Positions 28,161 to 32,000 of a stretch of DNA of 32,000 bases are shown here, piece by piece. This stretch comes from Nostoc sp. PCC 7120 = FACHB-418 (GTDB lineage Bacteria; Cyanobacteriota; Cyanobacteriia; Cyanobacteriales; Nostocaceae): assembly GCF_000009705.1 (NCBI RefSeq), contig NC_003272.1, positions 4,950,001-4,982,000 of the forward strand, given 5' to 3'. Below the pieces are notes generated by a model. The model was given only the letters and a program-made list of their open reading frames with translations, was not told the origin of the DNA and searched no databases. Position numbers and translations under genes: made by a program. Position 1 is the first letter of the stretch. Every line of letters starts with the position of its first letter.

Positions 28161-29066
28161 TTAAAGTTCACGCTGAGGAATTTCTTCCCGAAACTCGATA
28201 AACAACTGCATCGTTTCTTTCATTAAATCGCGCAAATCCCGATTCAACAGCAAAGCACCTTTAGCCCCAAACCAGCGATCAAAAATCGTCACATATCGAG
28301 TATCACCATTGACAAATCCCTGCATAAACTTCACTAGAGAATAATTGACTGCATCCAAAAATTTAGAGTTATCTTCAGGAACCATGCAGGCAATACCCTC
28401 TCGTGAATAAGGGCGATCGGGGACAATCGCAAAATCATCAGGATTTTCGACCCTTTGCAACCAACCCTCTAACAAAATGCTATCAGATGAGAAAGCATCT
28501 ATTTTGCCTTCTTGCAAAGCCGTGTAACCTTCTGAACGACTTTTCAAATACACCAGTTTAGCTTGGGGTTGTACCCGCTTGATAGCCTGTTCATTGGTAG
28601 TTTGTGCTAACACACCAATGCGTTTACCAATGAGGGATTCAGGGGAACCAAGATTGCTGCCAGACTTCACTAATAATTGAGTACCAGTCGCCCCATAGCT
28701 GACAGAAAAATCTACCTTTTTATCTCTTTCCCAGGTAAAACTACTAGCATCACAAACAATATCAACTTGCCGATTAACTATTTTGGGAATCCTTTGTGCA
28801 GGAGTTAATGGCACTAATTTTAGTTGTATTTTTTTACCTAATTCTTTTTCTAAATGCCGCTTAATCTCAGACAACATATCGACAGAGTAACCAGTCAACT
28901 GTCCCTGAGCATTAGTATAGGCAAAAGGCATGGCATCTTTACTAGTACCAGCTGTTAGCACCCCTGTACGAGAGACTTTCTGCATCACCGTTTCTGCTAA
29001 TGCTGCACCTGGTATAACTGTCGTCAACGTCAAACTGAAAAGAGCGATCGCCAAATTTTTATACAT
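28161..29066 (-). CDS. Periplasmic substrate-binding protein, family 3 (polar amino acid ABC transporter type)
   Basis: 301 aa with an ATG start and a signal peptide (MYKNLAIALFSLTLTTVIPGAALA). It carries SBP_bac_3-like blocks: GVLTAGTSKDAMPFAY, GYSVDM, and DIVCDASSFTWERDKKVDFS. No permease or ATPase gene is adjacent. Confidence 0.82.
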   Translation of the reverse strand: MYKNLAIALFSLTLTTVIPGAALAETVMQKVSRTGVLTAGTSKDAMPFAYTNAQGQLTGYSVDMLSEIKRHLEKELGKKIQLKLVPLTPAQRIPKIVNRQVDIVCDASSFTWERDKKVDFSVSYGATGTQLLVKSGSNLGSPESLIGKRIGVLAQTTNEQAIKRVQPQAKLVYLKSRSEGYTALQEGKIDAFSSDSILLEGWLQRVENPDDFAIVPDRPYSREGIACMVPEDNSKFLDAVNYSLVKFMQGFVNGDTRYVTIFDRWFGAKGALLLNRDLRDLMKETMQLFIEFREEIPQREL

Positions 29067-29071
29067 ATTTG

Positions 29072-29106
29072 TAGTTATTAGTCAATAGTTAATCGTCATT
29101 AGTTAT
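29072..29106. repeat. STRR heptamer array (TAGTTAT / TAGTCAA type) x5 in the 5' leader of the binding-protein gene
   Basis: Direct reading. The array starts 5 nt upstream of the ATG at 29066. Read on the minus strand, it belongs to the same family as the 295-356 array. Confidence 0.85.
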
Positions 29107-29173
29107 TATCCTCTGGCTTTTGTAGCTTTTGCGTCTACTCTAACCATTTCGGCTGCATATATTTTTTACACAA

Positions 29174-29250
29174 GGCTAGAGGTTAGGGGCTAGGGAATGT
29201 AATTAGTAATTAATTCCCAGCCTCTAGTCTCTAATCTTTAGTCCCTAATG
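29174..29250. repeat. Inverted STRR heptamer arrays (CTAGAGG/TTAGGGG/CTAGGGA facing CTCTAGT/CTCTAAT/CTTTAGT/CCCTAAT), a hairpin-capable element just downstream of pgk
   Basis: Direct reading. The best local stem is GGCTAGGGAAT / ATTCCCAGCC with a 14-nt loop. The element lies 5 nt after the pgk stop and may act as a terminator. Confidence 0.5.
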
Positions 29251-29254
29251 CCTC

Positions 29255-30457
29255 TTACGCTTCATCTAAAGCAGCGATACCGGGCAGTACTTTGCCTTCG
29301 AGTAACTCTAAGCTAGCGCCGCCGCCGGTGGAGATGTGGCTCATTTGATCAGCCAAACCTACCTTCTCAACAGCCGCTACCGAGTCACCACCGCCGATGA
29401 TGGTAGTTGTGCCAGTTTTGCCAATCTCTGCTAGTGTATGAGCGATCGCTTCTGTACCAGCAGCAAACTTATCAAACTCAAACACACCCATAGGCCCGTT
29501 CCAGATGACAGTTTTGGTATCTGCAAGGGCTGCTTGGAAGACTTTGACAGAATCAGGGCCGATATCCAAACCCATCCAACCATCGGGGATGTTTTCAATG
29601 CTGACAGTTTGAGAATTGGCATCAGGTGCAAAGTTATCTGCTAATACCACATCTGTAGGTAACAACAAGCTAACGCCGCGTTCCTTGGCTTTAGCTTCCA
29701 AAGACTTCGCCAGTTCCAGCTTGTCTTCTTCCACCAGAGATTTACCCACATTCAAACCACGAGCCTTGTAGAAGGTGAAAATCATCCCACCACCAATGAT
29801 CAGCTTGTCGCACTTCTCTAGTAGTGTTTCAATCACACCGATTTTGCTGGAAACCTTAGAACCACCGATAATGGCTGCTAAAGGACGTTGGGGATTTTCG
29901 ATCGCACTTTGTAAGTACTGCAATTCTTTCTCAACCAAATATCCAGCCACAGATGGGCTGAGGAATTTAGTCACGCCTTCCGTAGACGCATGAGCGCGGT
30001 GTGCAGTACCAAAAGCATCGTTTACGTAGAAATCAGCATTAGCCGCTAATTTTTTAGCAAATTCAGGATCGTTTTTCTCTTCTTCTTTATAAAAACGGAC
30101 GTTTTCTAATAAAAGAACTTGGCCATTTTGCAAAGTAGCCACCTTAGCCGCAACTTCATCACCAATTGAGTCATCGGTTTTGATAACTTCTTGTCCCAAC
30201 AACTCAGATAGCCGCTTGGCTACTGGGGTAAGACGCAACTTCTCATCTACACCCTTGGGACGACCGAAATGGCTTGCTAGAATAACCTTAGCGCCCTTTT
30301 GCGTCAAATCTTGGATGGTTGGCAGAGCCGCACGAATGCGAGTATCGTCTGTGATGTTGCCTTGATCGTCTAAAGGCACGTTAAAGTCAACACGCACTAA
30401 AGCGCGTTTACCAGAGATATCAGCAGCAGATAAACTAGCCACAGTTTTTTTAGACAC
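29255..30457 (-). CDS. pgk: Phosphoglycerate kinase
   Basis: The protein is Pgk-like throughout ([34 protein letters not shown]). The ORF-track start at 30463 is a TTG only 2 nt from the SD. I prefer GTG at 30457 ([10 protein letters not shown]), which lies 8 nt from AGGAGG. Confidence 0.95.
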   Translation of the reverse strand: MSKKTVASLSAADISGKRALVRVDFNVPLDDQGNITDDTRIRAALPTIQDLTQKGAKVILASHFGRPKGVDEKLRLTPVAKRLSELLGQEVIKTDDSIGDEVAAKVATLQNGQVLLLENVRFYKEEEKNDPEFAKKLAANADFYVNDAFGTAHRAHASTEGVTKFLSPSVAGYLVEKELQYLQSAIENPQRPLAAIIGGSKVSSKIGVIETLLEKCDKLIIGGGMIFTFYKARGLNVGKSLVEEDKLELAKSLEAKAKERGVSLLLPTDVVLADNFAPDANSQTVSIENIPDGWMGLDIGPDSVKVFQAALADTKTVIWNGPMGVFEFDKFAAGTEAIAHTLAEIGKTGTTTIIGGGDSVAAVEKVGLADQMSHISTGGGASLELLEGKVLPGIAALDEA

Positions 30458-30464
30458 AGCCAAA

Positions 30465-30471
30465 CCCTCCT
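30465..30471 (-). promoter_or_regulatory. Shine-Dalgarno AGGAGGG for pgk
   Basis: The reverse complement of 30465-30471 is AGGAGGG. Its spacing favours the GTG start at 30457. Confidence 0.7.
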
Positions 30472-30546
30472 GATTGCCTTTTTGTTATTGTTTTGAAAGT
30501 AGAACCATCAAGATTTTACCGGAGTCGGGGGTGCGGAGGTGCAGAG

Positions 30547-30954
30547 ATGTTCAAGACAGTTCTATTTCCAATCGATCAAAGCCGAGAAGCAAGGGAAGCT
30601 GCTGATGTTGTCACCAACGTCGTGCAGAAATATGGCAGTCGTTTAATACTGCTGTCTGTGGTAGAAGAATCTTCCCCAGACGAGTCTAGTGCTGATCCAA
30701 TGGTGTCTCCCGAAGCCGTTGCCAAACTGCTCAGGGATGCCCAAGCTTTATTTTTGCAGCAAGGTATTCCATCAGAAATTGTGGAAAAACAAGGTAAACC
30801 AGCCTTTACCATCTGCGATGTGGCGGACGAGATTGGTGCCGATTTAATTATCATGGGTTGCCGGGGACTAGGTTTAACCGAGGAAGGCGCTACCGATAGC
30901 GTCACGACTCGCGTGATTAACCTTTCCCCTTGTCCGGTGCTAATTGTCCCTTAA
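30547..30954 (+). CDS. Universal stress protein (UspA family)
   Basis: 135 aa counted from ATG 30547 (MFKTVLFPIDQS...). The C-terminal block IIMGCRGLG...DSVTTRVINLSPCPVLIV is typical of the Usp ATP-binding fold. The upstream TTG at 30493 is rejected as the start. Confidence 0.85.
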   Translation: MFKTVLFPIDQSREAREAADVVTNVVQKYGSRLILLSVVEESSPDESSADPMVSPEAVAKLLRDAQALFLQQGIPSEIVEKQGKPAFTICDVADEIGADLIIMGCRGLGLTEEGATDSVTTRVINLSPCPVLIVP

Positions 30955-30965
30955 ATCTTTATTTG

Positions 30966-30990
30966 GGTGCGTTACATCCGTTGACGCACC
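30966..30990 (+). terminator. Weak hairpin after the usp gene
   Basis: GGTGCGT-11 nt-ACGCACC. There is no strong U tract. Confidence 0.3.
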
Positions 30991-31057
30991 ATCTAAATTG
31001 ATGAATGTAAAATTATAGATGTGGAAGACTCATTGATTCAGTTAGAGTTGACAAAAC

Positions 31058-31351
31058 ATGGTAGCAATAGTTGATATTGGAACCCTAATTGTGAAAACAC
31101 CTCAAGTTGCTGGAGGTCGTCCTTGCATTGCTGGTACGCGGATGACAGTTCAAAATATTGTGATGGATTCTCAAGCAGACTTATCTCCTCAAGATATTGT
31201 GACAGAATATCCACATTTATCTCTAGCGCAAGTTTATGCGGCACTTGCTTATTACTATGCTAATCAGGAAGCAATGGATAGAGAAATTGCTTTATATCAA
31301 GCAGAATGTAATGTGCTGGAAACGAAGTGGATGTCAGGTAATTTTGCATGA
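31058..31351 (+). CDS. DUF433-family protein (antitoxin-like, HTH)
   Basis: 97 aa. The block VAGGRPCIAGTRMTVQNIV....L.PQDIVTEYPHLSLAQVYAALAYY is the DUF433 hallmark. It overlaps the next gene by 4 nt (ATGA). Confidence 0.82.
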   Translation: MVAIVDIGTLIVKTPQVAGGRPCIAGTRMTVQNIVMDSQADLSPQDIVTEYPHLSLAQVYAALAYYYANQEAMDREIALYQAECNVLETKWMSGNFA

Positions 31352-31719
31352 GCCAAATTTGTTTTTATTTAGATGAAGATGCTGGCAAAAAATCTTTAAC
31401 TAATGGTTTACGCAATGCAGGGATTGATGTAATGACAACGGCTGAAGCAGATAGATTAGGCTCATCTGATGATAACCAACTAATCTGGGCAACGGAACAG
31501 AAACGAGTTATTTATAGTTTCAATGTTGGTGATTTTTGTCGATTGCATAAAGCTTATCTCGAACAGCAACAAGAGCATTCGGGTATTGTACTTGCTGCGG
31601 AGCAGAGCTATGCAATTGGAGAACAGTTGCGAGGCTTATTGAAGTTAGTAGAAAGTTTAGAAGCCGAGAATATGGCAAATCAATTAGTGTTTCTGAAAAA
31701 ATACATTGATAATTTTTAA
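31348..31719 (+). CDS. DUF5615-family protein (PIN-like / Mut7-C-like putative toxin)
   Basis: 123 aa. It has the N-terminal FYLDED acidic motif and then a DDNQLIWATEQKRVIYSFNVGDF block. It forms the classic partnership with an upstream DUF433 gene. Confidence 0.78.
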   Translation: MSQICFYLDEDAGKKSLTNGLRNAGIDVMTTAEADRLGSSDDNQLIWATEQKRVIYSFNVGDFCRLHKAYLEQQQEHSGIVLAAEQSYAIGEQLRGLLKLVESLEAENMANQLVFLKKYIDNF

Positions 31720-31888
31720 CCTGCGATCGCTTTCTGTAATCATATCTGCTAAATTGCGATCGCTTCCCACTAATAACCTTTCATGTGATTTGTGGCGATC
31801 GCGATCGAACTATCTTTGCATAACCTTTACACTCAGTAACCTGAAAAGTCTTAACTCTTACCAATAACTTTTATAAGCGCAGTATAGT

Positions 31889-32000
31889 TCACCATAATAT
31901 TTGCACAGGATAACCCTCAAACACACTGTCTTTAGTAACTATAGGTATGCTCTCCACCAAAGATTGAGAAATCATCAGCCTATCAAAAGGATCTTTATGG
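31889..32000 (-). CDS. C-terminal 36 codons of a PIN-domain (VapC-like) toxin; gene starts beyond the right edge
   Basis: The reverse strand reads HKDPFDRLMISQSLVESIPIVTKDSVFEGYPVQILW followed by a stop at 31891..31889. The H.DPFDR.(I/L).AQ....(I/L)..T.D motif is the conserved C-terminus of one PIN toxin family. Confidence 0.55.
   Translation of the reverse strand, partial: HKDPFDRLMISQSLVESIPIVTKDSVFEGYPVQILW

Noticed and set aside
30493-30546. TTG 30493 as the start of the Usp gene
   Set aside because: It would add 18 residues (MKVEPSRFYRSRGCGGAE) not typical of Usp proteins. ATG 30547 gives the canonical MFKTVLFPID N-terminus.
17296-31244. Remaining short track ORFs overlapping annotated genes (17296..17493, 18501..18707, 19948..20133, 21291..21551, 21895..22131, 22944..23198, 23294..23659, 25517..25738, 27360..27680, 27895..28125, 29431..29631, 29438..29644, 29775..29993, 30180..30365, 30576..30905, 31038..31244)
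   Set aside because: All lie within or antisense to longer genes with strong homology-type evidence. None has an SD or a recognisable motif.

Overview
This is a chromosomal segment from a filamentous, heterocyst-forming cyanobacterium of the Nostoc/Anabaena type. From memory, the FNR protein sequence matches Anabaena/Nostoc sp. PCC 7119/7120 or a very close relative, but I could not check this. Three things in the sequence support the lineage: 30 copies of the HIP1 octamer GCGATCGC counted by eye, many 7-nt STRR tandem arrays, and an RNase P RNA gene carrying an STRR hairpin. Most of the content is core housekeeping: rnc (partial), rnpB, corA, glyS, murD, two tandem tspO paralogs, a VanX-type D-Ala-D-Ala dipeptidase, a CAAD/CurT-like thylakoid protein, hom, petH (FNR), prk, metK, cofH, an orphan amino-acid-binding protein, pgk and a Usp protein. 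The right end carries a DUF433/DUF5615 toxin-antitoxin-like pair followed by a partial PIN toxin. The least ordinary part is 19.3-26.7 kb. It encodes a fused GT2-GtrA polyprenyl-phosphate sugar synthase plus three large polytopic GT-C-like membrane proteins, the last one markedly AT-rich. This looks like a periplasmic glycosylation system with unknown acceptor(s). I saw no CRISPR array, rRNA, tRNA, transposase or phage genes. I found no compelling evidence for a wholly new system, and the candidates below are scored accordingly. ORF-track coordinates include the stop codon. Several starts were re-placed after reading the actual start codons.
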